Source: Mobula hypostoma
Lineage: Eukaryota
NCBI RefSeq assembly: GCF_963921235.1
Contig: NC_086108.1
Location: forward strand, 53,074,001 to 53,138,000
Direction of reading: 5' to 3'
Length of the DNA stretch: 64,000 nucleotides
Shown: one piece after another, positions 23,423 through 36,665 of the stretch
Layout: each line of letters starts with the position of its first letter
How positions within the stretch are numbered: the first letter of the stretch is position 1
Translations under genes and position numbers: made by a program
Notes under the pieces: generated by a model
Told to the model about the DNA's origin: nothing
The model's database searches: none
The model's input: only the letters and a program-made list of their open reading frames with translations

Positions 23423-25689
23423 AGTTTTGATAGGAGATCGATTTTTACAGCATTCTCCTTTTACTTCCTGATTTTGAGGAATAGCAAATGTTGATTGGAA
23501 GTGAAAGAACTGCATGAGCAACTGATGCTCTGAGATTAGATCACTCAGCATAGAAATGGGAAGTTGAAACAATAGATGTAGCAAGAGAGCTTTCAGGGAA
23601 GAGGGGCAAAAATAAAACAATTGGTTATTTAATAACACCAGCTCACTGATCCAAAAATGAAATAGGAAAATCTACAAATCACATTGACCACAGAATTCTA
23701 CATTGCAAAGTATATAATACCTTGTGTAGATAAAAATGTAAGTAATATTGTTGGCATTTTAATACTTTGGATGAACTCTTTAGCAGCAAATGACTGACAG
23801 AACAAAAATTATTTTCTTGTTGATGAGATAGAAGAAAATGATATCTTCTTGTAACTTGTACAGGAAGGATCAATATAATTTTAATAAAGTTATTCTTAAT
23901 CTAAATCTGCTAGTCTCATTAACACAAGATGCTGGAAATCCAAAGCAACATACACAATAAATGTGTTGCTGCTAATTAGTCTGCTTTGTATTGCTAACAC
24001 TTTTATTGCATCTGATTTATAGCAATTGAAGTTGGTTTGTTTTATAAAAATGAGGAAAGAAGTGTTTTGTTTGTAATTCCTTCCATCATCTCTTGAAAAT
24101 GAAACCATTTTTCTTGGAAGTATCATTTCCACAATCATTGTGACATTTTTTTTAACACTCTTTAGACCGCACACCTCAATTGCTTTCTTTATTTGTGAGC
24201 TTAAACGCCAAATAGAAGCAAACTGTTCAAACTTATAGGGCATCACAAGCAAACTTGAATCTATTCTTGCTTACCTCACAGAGTTGACACTGACATTCCA
24301 ACAGATATTAGTGGAAGGGTAAAAAGAATCAATGCAGATTACCTCTGGTTCTTCCTAGACTACAGGGACTCAAATCAGTTTTGAGGTGCTATCAGTGACT
24401 GAAATAGCCCAGTAAGTACTCTCTTCTTATCAATACAAATGGTGTCTTTACCCCTCGAGGAAAACTTTTGGGGCAGCAGATAGATATCGATTATTAGCAG
24501 ACACACAAAAAGATTCAGGGATTTTAAAATTTAACTCACTTAAGTAGTTTTTTCTCACCTCATGCAAGATAGATGATGATAATACCTAATGGGAACAGCA
24601 TCTATATTAATTAGGATTATTCTTTCTGTGTCTGCTCAAATGCTCCATGTGGCAAAATTTTGATGAAATTATCATTTTCTTTTGGTCCTTACAAGCTCAT
24701 AAATTAGTTCTGAAAGTAGTCAATTAATGGATTATTATTTCATTATGTACTAAAAATGGAGACTAAAAAGTAATTATTCAAAAAGATCAGTTTGAATACA
24801 TTTTAAATAATCCTTTCTTGGTTGAGAACGGTGGGAAATAATGAACTTTAAATAGACATTTTAATTACTGAAAAAGCACGGACGTCTTTTTTTTTGAAAA
24901 TGTTATGGCATTTTGAAACAGATTAATGGTTCAGTGTGAGCACAGTCGCCCTGCAGTGTAGTGACTGGAGTATTCAGGTAATCTCAGGCTCTGGGGCTCA
25001 GCAATGGCTGTAAAATATAATTATTCCATTGATCCTTCCTGTACTCGCAATAAGATATCTCTTGAAAGCAGGTGAATGTGTTTTTGTACTCAGTTGCATT
25101 CTTGTCAAGATGTGTTTGATCACTCTACTATTACAATGCTTGGCCCACACCAATAAACGTTTTATTCATCTAGTCCTAGTGAGATGCAATTTGGCAATTG
25201 CTTATGGACCATTACTTCTACTTAATTTTGAAATTTTCAGTACATCAAAGATTTGGATTAGTACATTGTTCCTTTTCTCCATTTGTTCAGGCCAAGACTT
25301 TTCTTCCCTGCCATTAAAACAATCACTCCTTCCTCTGTTCCTCCTCTCTTCATGTTGCTGTTCCTCCATTCCCTCGGTTGTGATTTGCCAGAGGAATGAA
25401 ACACGGTACTAATGTGAATAATAACTCCCGTGATATTTTTACTTTATTCTGAATCCTTAAATACTGCTGTTGAGAGAAATTGCGAAAAAAAAGTTGAAGA
25501 ATATGGATTGTAATTGGTCAGTGACAGGTCAGCCATTATATATTCCCAGGTCATCTGTGTATTTAATCTCTACCTAATCTGCAACTTTTGAATAAATGTT
25601 GTAAGGTGCTACGGTGCCAGTGCACAGGGAGAATTGATTCAAGAATCAATCGCATTGGTTATTGTGTTCAATCCATACTCTTGTTACAG

Positions 25690-28545
25690 AACAAAAACAG
25701 AAAATGCTAGAAAGTTCAGCAGATCAGGCTGCGTCTGTGGAAGAAGAAATGTTTCAGGTCTGGGATCCTTCCAGGAAATTGAAAAAAGCAAGAAAGCAGT
25801 TAGTCTGAGTAGCAGAGGAGTTGGAGAAGGGCAATGGAGAGCAAAGGGACTTTCACTGACAGGGTGAAATAGTGTGGTTATCCAGGTCAGTTAAACTGCA
25901 TGGTCAGCAGGACTATACAAATGAAAGAATAAGGTAAGAAAAAGTAAATATGCCCTATTCTAATACAAACAGTAAGAAAGAGCAAGTTATCTAAAGTTGG
26001 AGAATTGCGCCTTGTAACATGTTAAGCAGGAGGCGAGATGTTCCTTGAATTTGTGTTGGGCCTCATTGTAACAGCGAAGAGAGGTACAGATGGAGTGGCC
26101 AAAGTGGGACTGGGATGGTGAATTTAAGTAGTAGGCGACTGGAAGCTTACGGTCACTCCTGCAGGTTGTACACAGGTATTATGCAAACTATCACCCAATT
26201 CTTGTTTGGTTTCTCCTTTGTTGAGGAAGCCCCAGTGTGAATACCAAATGTAGTACACTAGATTAGAATAAGTGCAAGTGCAAGTTTCTCCTTGCCTGGA
26301 AGACACTGTTTGGGCCCCTGAATGCTGGGAAATGAAGAGGTGAAAGGGCAAGTATTGAAATATCTGCAGTTTATTTGTATAAGGACCAGAGGACAAGGAA
26401 GGGAAGCAAACCAAGGAGTCATGAAGGGGGCGATCCCTTTGAAATGCTGGAAGTGACGGGGAGGGGACTACGTGTCTAGTGGTGGAACTTTGCTGGACCT
26501 GACAGAAATAGCAAAGAATGATTATGGATGCTGGTTGGATGGAAGGTAAGGTCCACTTGAAGTCAGAGTCATAGAGCAATACAGCATAGAAACAGGCCCT
26601 TCTGACCAAATGGTCCAAGCCCTTCACAGCATCCTCCCTGCTAGTCCAAGAGGCCTGCATTTGGCCCATAACCTGCCGCCCCCAAGCCTCTTCCCTTCCA
26701 TATACCTATCCCAACACCTCTGAGATGTTGCAATTGTACCCACCTCAGTCACTTCCTCATTTCAGATACTCACTCGGCCCTGTGTAAAGAAATTGTGTCT
26801 CAGGTCTCTTTTAAATTTCTCCCCTCTTGACTTGTCTGTGCCCTCTAGTTTTCAACTCCACAGCCAGGGGGAAAAGACTATGACCATCTACTACCTTATC
26901 TGTGCCCCTTTTCATTTTATAAATTTCTGTGAGGTTACCCCTCATCCTCTTGCACTCCAGGAATAAAGACCCATTGTGGCCAAACTCTCCTTACAACTCA
27001 GGCCCTCAAGTCCAACCACACTCTCATAAATCCCTTCTGCACTCTCTCCACATTGACAATGTCTTTCCTATAACAGGATGAATAATACTATACACAATAC
27101 TCCAGGTGAGGCCTCACCAATAACTGCAACGTAATATCCTCCAAATAATGCCTTGATGCCTTGACTGACAGAAGCCACCATGCTAAATACCTTCTTCACC
27201 ACCCTGTCTGCATGCACAGCCAATTGCGCTCTCTTACTCCCAGGTCACTCTGTCCCACGACACCCGTCAGTGCCCTGCCATTCACTGTATGAGCTCTACC
27301 CTGGTTTGACTATCCAAAATGCAACACCTCACACTATCGAAATTGAAAGCCGTTTGCCATTCCTCAGCCCATCTCCCTAACCAGTCAAGATCTCTTTGCA
27401 ATTTATTGCAACCTGCTCCTCCATCAACAAGACCCTCTAATTTAGTAACATCAGCAAACTTGCTGTAGTACCATGTACATTCATATGCAAAACCTCTGTT
27501 TTTCATTACTTATGTAAATAGAGTACTCAACACTGACCCCTGTGGCACCCTAATAGTCACAGGCCTCCAGAGAATCAGCTTTGAACCACCAACTCTGTTT
27601 CCTATTTGAGCCAATTCTGAATCCACCTTGCAAGCTCCCACAAATCCCATGTGACCTATTCGTCCCGATCAGCTTGCCATCCATTACCTTGTCAAAGGAC
27701 TTACTAAGGTCCATGTAGATAACATCTATTGCCTTATCTTTCACCTATCCCCTTAGTATCTCTTCGAAAACCTCCAATGGATTTATCAGACATGGCCTCC
27801 CACACACAGCATGCTATTTCTGACCAGCCTCCTCTTGTACTGTCCAGGAGGACAGGACTAAGGGCAGAGGAACAGGAAATAAGAGAGATGCAGTTAAGGA
27901 CTCTGTTCCCTATGGTATAAGGGAAGCCACGGTTAAAAAAGATAGAAAGAAAGAAAAGGTTCGGCAGCACTTGTCTCAACATTAAAACAAATGTAAAATG
28001 AAACAGAGAAATTAAGATAATGGAAGGGTTGGAGGAAGTATAATCAAGGGAACCATGAATTCTGTGGACTTGTAGGATGTTGGTTTTTCCTCTCTTAATA
28101 GAGATGGAGAGATCCATAAAGGCAAAAGTCACCGACAGTCCAAATTAAAGTGAGAGAAGGTTGCAAGTTTGCTCAAAGGTGATTTTGTTTGTTCTGCACG
28201 AATGCGGAAAGCAGCACAAATATGGTCATTATGTACCAGAGAAAGAGTTGGGGAGTGCACCCTGAGCAGGATTGAGACAAAGATTTTTCAGATATGGGTG
28301 GAAGTGTAGGAGGAATGTATGTCTATGGTGAATATGAACTAGTTAGGGCCAGAAAATTATAAACTATTAGTGGTGGAGGATGTCTGAAGTATGAGTGGGA
28401 AGGGACAGAACCAGAGAGAAAGAATGAAACCAAAGTCAAAAGATACTAGTTCAGTGGGGCAATAACAGGACAAAGCTCTGCCTGGACAGTTCTCCTTGTG
28501 GATCTTGGACACGTGTTAGAAACAGACTATGTGGTGCAGGATCCT
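25690..28545 (-). mobile_element. Decayed Penelope-like element (RT C-terminus, GIY-YIG, arm) interrupted by a CR1
   Basis: TCTYSNLVYYIWYSHWGFLNKGETKQELGD (GIY-YIG) in ORF 26124-26669; FMDLSISI...GSLDYTSSNP (RT thumb) in ORF 27734-28132; terminal arm at ~25695-25770. Confidence 0.75.
26563..27810 (-). mobile_element. CR1 LINE fragment nested in Penelope
   Basis: IDVIYMDLSKSFDKV; SKFADVTKLEG..LQRDLD; CAGAGTCATAGAG tail. Confidence 0.88.
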
Positions 28546-30294
28546 TCATAAATATTCTTATGGTCTCTCCAAGTGAGATTGTTGTTCTTTCGTAACTTCA
28601 GTGAACTTAGTATGTTAGCTGTGTTTGGCATCGAAACTCATTTTGCATTGGAATCCATTTAGCTACCACATTGAGAAGACTTGTGTCCCGGCAGCTTGAT
28701 GTTCCACAGGCTTGCTTTCCTTGACAACCTTTGGTGCAGTGCGATCAAAAGCCGAGAAATAAGTTATTTAAGGTAGTATTTTAGTCTCACATTTGAGGAT
28801 ACCCTTCCAGCATGCCTCGTACACCTCACAAGCAATCGCTGTCCCATTTCAGCTCTCTAAATGTTGAATGTTGTACCATTTTTGCAGCTTCTTGATCTCA
28901 ATGGTCTCAAAGTAATGAAAATGCCTATTCCTAATCGTCTGTTCTTTCCACAATTTACATGCTTTGAAATCGGAAGTTTGGCATCACTTAACCAGTTCTG
29001 CTTCATTCAATTCACCTTTTCTTTTATTGCATTCATCCTTAGTAGTATACTTCATACGAAGTCATAACAGCCCTCCTTAATAATTAAAACAATATCAGTA
29101 ACTTGTCCTCCAAGCCAGTTACAGTAATTATGCCAGGTGTGGATATTACATGAAGTACTTTCAAATATCAAAATCCTGTCAGAGGCTTGATTTTTGCTGA
29201 AGTACTGTTAATAACAAACCTGTATTGCTAAAAGCTAGATCATAGTAAATAAAAGAATAATGCTGATTCAGACATAAATCACATTAATGGGATTTATACC
29301 ATCAAGTGGAAGAAGTGTGGTGTTAGTAATGTCCTTGTAAAATATTTAACAAATCACCTCTGTTCTCCTGATTGTTTTCCTGATCCCCATTTCATTCCCA
29401 AAACGACACACCTTCATTATAGATTTTCATTTTCAGTTCTATTAGTAACCCATTGGTGAATATATTAGTCCCGTGCTTTGTGTATTTTGCCTGACAGAAC
29501 TGTAAGCCCGAAATGGACAGCATCAGAGACTAAAGGTACTTGCATCACTCCAATAATTTGTCATAAAACCTTTAGGCACATTTTATAACCTGGGGATACA
29601 AGTTATAATACAATTTATGCAGTTTTATCACAGGTGGCAAAAAATATGATTTATTCATCTTTTATTTTTGTGGTCATCACAGGTGTAAAATAAAGCTTCT
29701 CCAATTCTAAACCTCATTGTTCTCAAACCATTGTGTTTGTTTTAAACTAGGAGAGAATTTTAGACAGGCAGAGTGGGTAAGAGGGGTTCAGGCACCATGA
29801 AGGAGAAAATTTTAGGCACTGTCCTTGGTTAATTTTTCGGGTGTTTTTTAAAAATATTTATGTGAGGCATGACTCTGAGAGATAAATAAGACTAGATCAT
29901 TCTTGTCCTTGGAATCGGGATCATGGGAAAAGGTATGGTATGTTTTCACTGAATATAGATAAAGTAAATACTGTAGCCTCTTCTGTGTTGAAGCTGGAGA
30001 AATTTCCACCATCTTGCAATTGACAATCCAGTCTTTTGTAAGGCTGAAGCTCCCTATTCAGAGAGAGTTAACTACATTTCATTCTCCTTTGCCAGAGACC
30101 AGCACGCAATGAGAACATATGGTTTTCTAGTATTAGGAACTTTCCCACTGTGCCAAGTATCATTGATAGCATGTCTATGGCTCTGTGGCAGCCATATTTT
30201 GACTATGCTCTACATGTGAATTGAAGGGATTTCCACCACTTTAACATGTTTGTGTGTGACCACAGGTCACAGCTCATACAAAGTACGTCTGTAC

Positions 30295-30525
30295 GTTGAG
30301 GATGAACCCTTGTCCTCAAAATCTACCTCGTCATTGCCCTTGCACCGTATTGTCTATCTGCACTGCACTTTCTCTGTTAATGTAACTCTGTATGCTGCAT
30401 TCAGTTGTTGTTTTTCCCTTGTACTGCTTCAATATACTTGTGTTTTGAAATGATCTGTTTGAATTTCATGCAAAGCCAAGTTTTTCACTGCATCTCAGTG
30501 TATGTGACACTAATAAACAGATTAT
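30295..30525 (+). mobile_element. Rex1/L2-type 3' UTR fragment
   Basis: TGCACTGCACTTTCTCTG...TTTTCACTG..GTGACACTAATAAAC, similar to reverse complement of 45040-45185. Confidence 0.5.
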
Positions 30526-30896
30526 TAGTATAGGCCAAATGAATTTCCCAGTAGCAGTCATGAGTCCTTCAACCTGCAATAGTCTGTAGTACCACCTCCA
30601 TTTGATCCACCATGTCCAACCAAAAGGTATCTACTGACCAACAAGTCTAGGCACTGAGCAGTAGCAGGTATATAAAGCCTAAACATAAACCCACAATGCT
30701 TACAATGATTGCCATGCTGCCACCTACAATGTGATTGAGCAAAAGGTTGGCTGAAAAACTTGTCTGGAAGAGCCTGCAATATCTGATGGTGTGTATCAGG
30801 ATTGGTCACTGCTGCCACTTGCTACACACCTTTTTTAGATGAGGAGTAGCAGGGTCTTTGAATTGTCTGTGAAGAGCATGTCATCCATTTGGCCAC

Positions 30897-33267
30897 AATG
30901 AAAATTTATTCAAAGCAGAAGAGGGTGGCTAAAGTCAATGTAGGTCCCTTGGAAGACGAGAAGAGGAAATTGATATTGGGTGATAAGGAAGTGGCTGAGG
31001 CATTGAAGGACTATTTTGTGTCGGTCTTCACAGTGGAGGACACGTCTCATATGCCAAAGAATGATGTTATGGATGAAATGGGAGGTGAGGACCTCGATAA
31101 AATCACTGTCACTAAAGAGATAGTGATGAGCAAACTAGAGGGCCTGAATGTAGATAAGTCCCTGGTCTTGATGGGATGCATCCCAGGGTGCTGAGGGAAT
31201 TGGTGGAGGTTATGGTAGACGCGTTGGTAATCATTTACCAAAACTCTCTAGACTTTGGGCAGGTCCCGGCGGAATGGAAGACAGCAAATGTCACGCCACT
31301 TTTTAAAAAAGGATGTAGACTAAAGACAGGCAACTATAGGCCAGTTAGCTTAACATCTGTTGTCAGGAAAATGCTTGAAGCTGTCACTAAGGAAGAAATA
31401 GCAAAACATTTAGAAAGGCGTGGTTCCATTAGACAGATGCAGCATGGATTCAGAAAGGGCAGGTCCTGTTTGACAAACTTACTGGAGTTCTTTGAGGACA
31501 TAATGAGTGCAGTGGATAGAGGGGAACAGGTGGATGTCGTATTCTTGGATTTCTAGAAGGCGTTCGATAAGGTGCCGCACAAGAGGCTTATAAATAAGAT
31601 ATGGATGCATGGAGTCGGAGGAAGTGTATTAGCATGGGTGGTGGATTGGTTAACCAATAGAAGGCAGAGAGTTGGTATAATGGGTGTTTCTCTGGTTGGC
31701 AGTCAGTGGTGAGTGGGGTGCCGCAGGGGTCGGTGCTGGGCCTGCAGCTGTTTACCATTTACATTGATGATTTGGAAGAGGGGACTGAGTGTGGCGTACC
31801 AAAATTTGCTGATGACACTAAACTGAGTGGAAATGCAAATTGTACAGGGGATGTGGAGAGTCTGCAGAGGGATATAGATAGGTTAAGTGAGTGGGCCAAG
31901 GTCTGGCAGATGGAATACAATTTTGGTAAATGTGAGATCATCCACCTTGGAAGGAATAATAGAAGAACAGATTATTATTTAAACAGACAATAGGTGTGGA
32001 AGTAGGCCATGCAGCCCTTCAAGCCAGCGCCACTGTTCACTGTGATTATAGCTGATCATTCACAATCAGTACCCTGTTCCTGCCTTCTCCCCATACCCCT
32101 TGACTCAGCTATCTTTAAGAGCTCTATCTAATTCTTTCTTGAAAGAATCCAGAGAATTGGCCTCCACTGCCTTCTGAGACAGAGCATTCCACAGATCCAC
32201 AACCCTCTGTGTGAAAAAGTTTTTCCTCAACTCCGTTCTAAATGGTCTACTCCTTATTCTTAAACTGTGGCCTCTGGTTCTGGACTCCCCCAACATCGGG
32301 AACATGTTTCCTGCCTCTAGCGTGTCCAATCCCTTAATAATCTTATATGTTTCAATCAGATCCCCTCTCATCCTTCTAAATTCCAGTGTATACAAGCCTG
32401 GTCACTCCAATCTTTCAACATATGACATTCCCGCCATCCCTGGAATTAACCCAGTGAACCTACGCTGCACTCCTTCCATAGCAAGAATGTCCTTCCTCGA
32501 ATTTGGAGACCAAAACTGCACACAATATGGTGAAAGATTGCAGCATGCTGTTGTGCAGAAGGACTTGGGAGTGCTTGTTCATGAATCGCAAAAAGTTGGC
32601 TTGCAGGTACAACAGGTTATTAAGAAGGCAAATAGAATGTTGGCTTTCATTGCTAGAGGGATTGAATTCAAGACCAGGGAGGTCATGCTGCAACTGTAGA
32701 GGGTACTGGTGAGGCCGCACCTGGAGTACTGTGTGCATTTCTGGTCGCCATACTTGAGGAAGGATATATTGGCTTTGGAGGCAGTGCAGAGGAGATTCAC
32801 CAGGTTGATTCCAGAAATGAAGGGAAGATGAGGAGAGATTGAGTTGCCCGGGACTATACTCTCTGGAATTCAGAATAATGAGAAGGGATCTTATAGAAAC
32901 ATACAAAATTTTGAAAGGGATAGATAAGATAGAAGTAGGAAAGTTGTTTGCATTGGTAGGTGAGACTAGAACTCGGGGACATTGCCTCAAGATTCAGAGG
33001 AGAAGATTTAGGATGGAGATGAGGAGAAATTGTTTTTCCCAGGGAGTGGTGAATCTGTGGCATTCTCTGTCCAGGGAAGCAGTTGAGGCTTCTTCACTAA
33101 ATATATTTAAGATACATTTAGATAGATTTTTACATTAAGGGTTATGGGGAAAAGGCAGGTAGATGGAGCTGAGTTTACGGACAGATCAGCCATAATCTTA
33201 TTGAATGGTGGGGCAGGCTCGATGGGCCAGATGGCCTACTCCTGCTCCTATTTCTTATGTTCTTATG
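30897..33267 (+). mobile_element. CR1 LINE, 5'-truncated ORF2 to 3' tail, interrupted at 31984-32527
   Basis: [55 protein letters not shown]; tail TTCTTATGTTCTTATG. Confidence 0.95.
31984..32527 (-). mobile_element. CR1 3' fragment nested antisense in another CR1
   Basis: ORF 32105-32395 LEFRRMRGDLIETYKI..RKNFFTQRVV; host reads DYYLN|GERLQ across it. Confidence 0.92.
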
Positions 33268-34589
33268 CTATGTAGAGTAAAAAGAGCAAACCACTATATT
33301 ATATTATATATTAAATCATTTAATACTGTACACAGAAGTCCACTTATAACGCATTAAAATGAACTAAAGGTTCTTGATACAGGGTCCAGACCCAAACATT
33401 GACCACCCTTTTGCCTTCATAGATGTTACTTGGCTCTCTGAGCTCTTCCAACAGTTTGTTTCTGTTGCGATATGCACCCAACTGCCCGCGCTGACATCTG
33501 GGGTTTAGACGCCCTAACCCTCCAGAATATGGGTAACTAGCTTTAAGGATTCAGGACCTTCCTGCTAATTGGCAGCCATGTTTTGGTGCCAGGATTTCAA
33601 TATTTATGGAGCACCTGAATGGAGGTTCAGTGCTCAATTGTCAGCTCTACTTGGACTATTGCCTAGCGTCTAGTATTCTTTTTCTCGTTTCAGTCTCACA
33701 TCATGTCTCGATTCCAGCCTCAAATACTCCAGGACTTGAGTCCAACTATCCTAGCCTGGGTCTCTCATCACGGTTTCTTTCTGCCCAGGTTGCAGGATCT
33801 GCAGTCCCTGTTTCTGTGTGGTCCCTTATAGCTTGTCTCCCTTGAGCCTGCCCAACTCTTCTGGACGAAATTTCTCCAATGACTGTGGAAAGCTACTGGT
33901 CTAGTCTGGAGGAGATGAAACTAAGTTTACACAGCTGTGGCTCCCAGAGGCCAGTCTATGGATCATACCATCTGAGACTGGCTGGCAGGCAGCAAAAAGA
34001 GCGGCAAAGTTCGGAGGCTGATAGCTACCATTCTGAGGAAGGACAATAGGTTTCCCTTCCATAAAGCATTTTCATTCCTATGGACAGTTTTTGAGGAGCA
34101 CCTTTAGCGCTCAGTTTTCTAGTTATCCACATTTGGAAAATTCCTTTGCAAACTGTAATCCACAGTTTTGATAGCAGAGATATGAAGTTACATGGCAGTA
34201 ACATAGCTTCTCCTAACAGCAGTCTGAGCATCTGCTACACAAATCAGATCATGGAGGCTATGCTATCAATCACCACTGATCGCATTATGGTAGGATCCAA
34301 AAAGGTGCAAATGGAGTTGGTCACCACTTCGGTCCAGGAAAAGGTGGGGCTCAAGGTCCTGCACAAGGCTGTGTGGCCAAGGTGGTACTACTTCCACCAT
34401 TTTGCTTAACACTCTTTTGCACTGAACTCAGGCTTTCAGACAATCTCCTCCATACACCCACCTTCTTCAGTGGTTTTATGCCAGTAGGTTCCTTAACTGA
34501 GTTAATGGAATATAAACCATGCAACACAGTACAGACTCTTTGGCCCATGATGTTGTGCAGACTTTTTAACCTCCAAGATCAATCAAAAC

Positions 34590-34653
34590 CAGGGATCCCC
34601 AACCTTTTTTATGCCATGGACCAATAACATCAAGCAGGGGTTGTGAACCCCCG
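34590..34653. mobile_element. 64-bp hAT-Charlie-type MITE
   Basis: TIRs CAGGGATCCCCAACC / GGTTGTGAACCCCCG; 8-bp TSD ATCAAAAC / ATCTAAAC. Confidence 0.8.
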
Positions 34654-35259
34654 ATCTAAACCTTTCCTCCTACATATCCCTCCGTGTGCCTCTCTAAGAG
34701 TTTCCTAAATTTTCCTAATGTATCTGCTTCTACCAGCACCCCCGCAGTGCTTTCCATGCACTTACCACTCTCTGTGTAAAAAAACTATCTCTGACTTCCC
34801 CCCAGACTTCCCTCCAATCACCCTAAAATGTCTGTCCTCTCGTATTAGCCATTGCTACCCTGAAAACAAAGCATTAGCTATTCATTCTGTCCATGCCTCT
34901 CGTCATCTTATAAAACTCTGTGAAGTCACCTCTCATCTTCCTTCCCACCAAAGAGAAAAGACTAGTTTGCTCAACGTATTCTCATAAGTGATGCCCTCTA
35001 ATCCAGGCAGCATCATGGCAAATCTCCCCTGCACTGCCTCTAAAGCTTCCATATCCTCCCTATAATGAGGTGATCAAAACTGAACACAATATTCTAAGTG
35101 TGGTCTAAGCAGAATTTTATAGAGTTCAACATTATCTTGTGGTTCTTGAACTCAATCCCCTGACTAATGAAGGTCAACGCCCAATACACCTGCAACCACC
35201 CTATCAACTTGCATTGGAACTTTGAGGGATCTATAGACTTAAGACTTCAAGATCCTTCC

Positions 35260-36665
35260 TGTCATGGACCGGATCGGGGTCCCTTTAAATTTAGCTTGTT
35301 TATGTTACGGTCTGGACCGTTGATTCCCTGTTTTCCCGTGTCCCTCGACTTTGGTGATTAGAGGCAATTAACACTCGGCTGAACCGGTAGTTTATAGTCT
35401 CCGGCTTTCAGCCGTTCGGGTCGGGAGCGTCTGCAAAGTCACGGCGTGCCAATGTCATCTGGCCGGAGCAAGCCTTGTCTCCGCCCGAAGCGAGTGTCGG
35501 TAATTCGCCTTTCCTCAACGGAGCAACCCGTTCAGTTACCTCGCCGAAGCGAGCCTGCAAAGTTTCCTCATCAAGGTGGGTCCGTCGGTTAACCCGCCGG
35601 AGAGAATCAAGAGCCACTGTCTACTGTTCCCGGGCCGAGTCGAGAGCTCGGCACTACCCGGAGGTTCCAAGCACCACGTCCTGGCTCCAGCGGCATCCAA
35701 GTACCACGTCCACGTCCTGGCTTCGGCAGCATCCAAGTACCACGTCCACGTCCTGGCTCCAGTGGCGTCCAAGTACCACGTCACGTCCTAGCCCTGCGGG
35801 CGTTCAAGTACCATGTCAAGTCCTGGCCCTGGCGGCGTTCAAGTACCATGTCAAGTCCTGTCCCTGGAGGCGTTCAAGTACCACGTCAAGTCCTGGCCCT
35901 GGCAGCTTCCCAGTTCTGAGTCTAGTCCTGGCCCTGGCGGTCTGTGATTCCTGTTCTTCCCCCTTGTCTGAATCCCTTCCCTGCCCCTCTCGCCTCTAGC
36001 CCTCATCTGCAACCCCCGCCTGCACTTCGGTCTAGTTCCATCACCGGAGCTAGATAGGTACTGTCTGGTGTTCATTCGTGTTGGTCTTGTCTTGTCTGGT
36101 CCTCGCCTCCATGGGGGTGAGTCTGGCCGTCTTGCCATTGCCCCGCGGGGAGTCGTGTCTTGTCTTGTCTTCTCCTTGCCTCCGTGGGGTAAGTCAGGCC
36201 ATCTTGCCGTTGCCCCGCGGCGGGTCATGAGTCCTGGCCCTATGTCCTGTACCCAAGGAGGGGTCCCGGCTCTGTGTATGTGTCCATGGTTCCATGTACC
36301 TGCTCTCCCAAGACCAAGGCTCTGTGTTCCCATGTTCCTCCTCTCCCTAGCCCATGTCATGTCCTTGCCTGGTTCTGGGGTCCGAGCCCGAGGCAAGACC
36401 CAGATACTGGGTCCTTGCCCAGTCTCTGGCTCAGAGTCCATACCCTAGCCTCTTCATGTCTCCTCTAGTTCTGGGAGCCGATTCCGAGTCCAAGCCCAGA
36501 CCCTTGGTCCCAGCCTAGTCGTGGTCCTGAGTCCTTGTCCAATTCGCTACTCCTGCTCCTGCCTTGCTCTGCTGGTATCGAACAATAAACTAAATCTAAG
36601 TAACCTCACAAGATGTGTCTTGCATTTGGGTCCACCCTTGCTCCCTAGGCCCCGCCATTGTGACA
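35260..36665 (+). mobile_element. Solo LTR (Gypsy-type), 1406 bp, copy B
   Basis: TGTCA...TGACA, perfect TSD CTTCC (35255-35259/36666-36670), TTTATA near 35391, AATAAA near 36584, TGCATTTGGGTCC. Confidence 0.9.

Noticed and set aside
25029..25412. 127-aa hydrophobic ORF
   Set aside because: TTG start, T-rich compositional artefact, no motif or splice support
32460..32990. 176-aa and other antisense ORFs over LINEs
   Set aside because: Shadow frames of CR1/Rex1 coding sequence
12759..36665. One giant element with 1.4-kb terminal inverted repeats (Polinton-like)
   Set aside because: Each copy has its own 5-bp TSD, and there is no polymerase or capsid coding sequence between them
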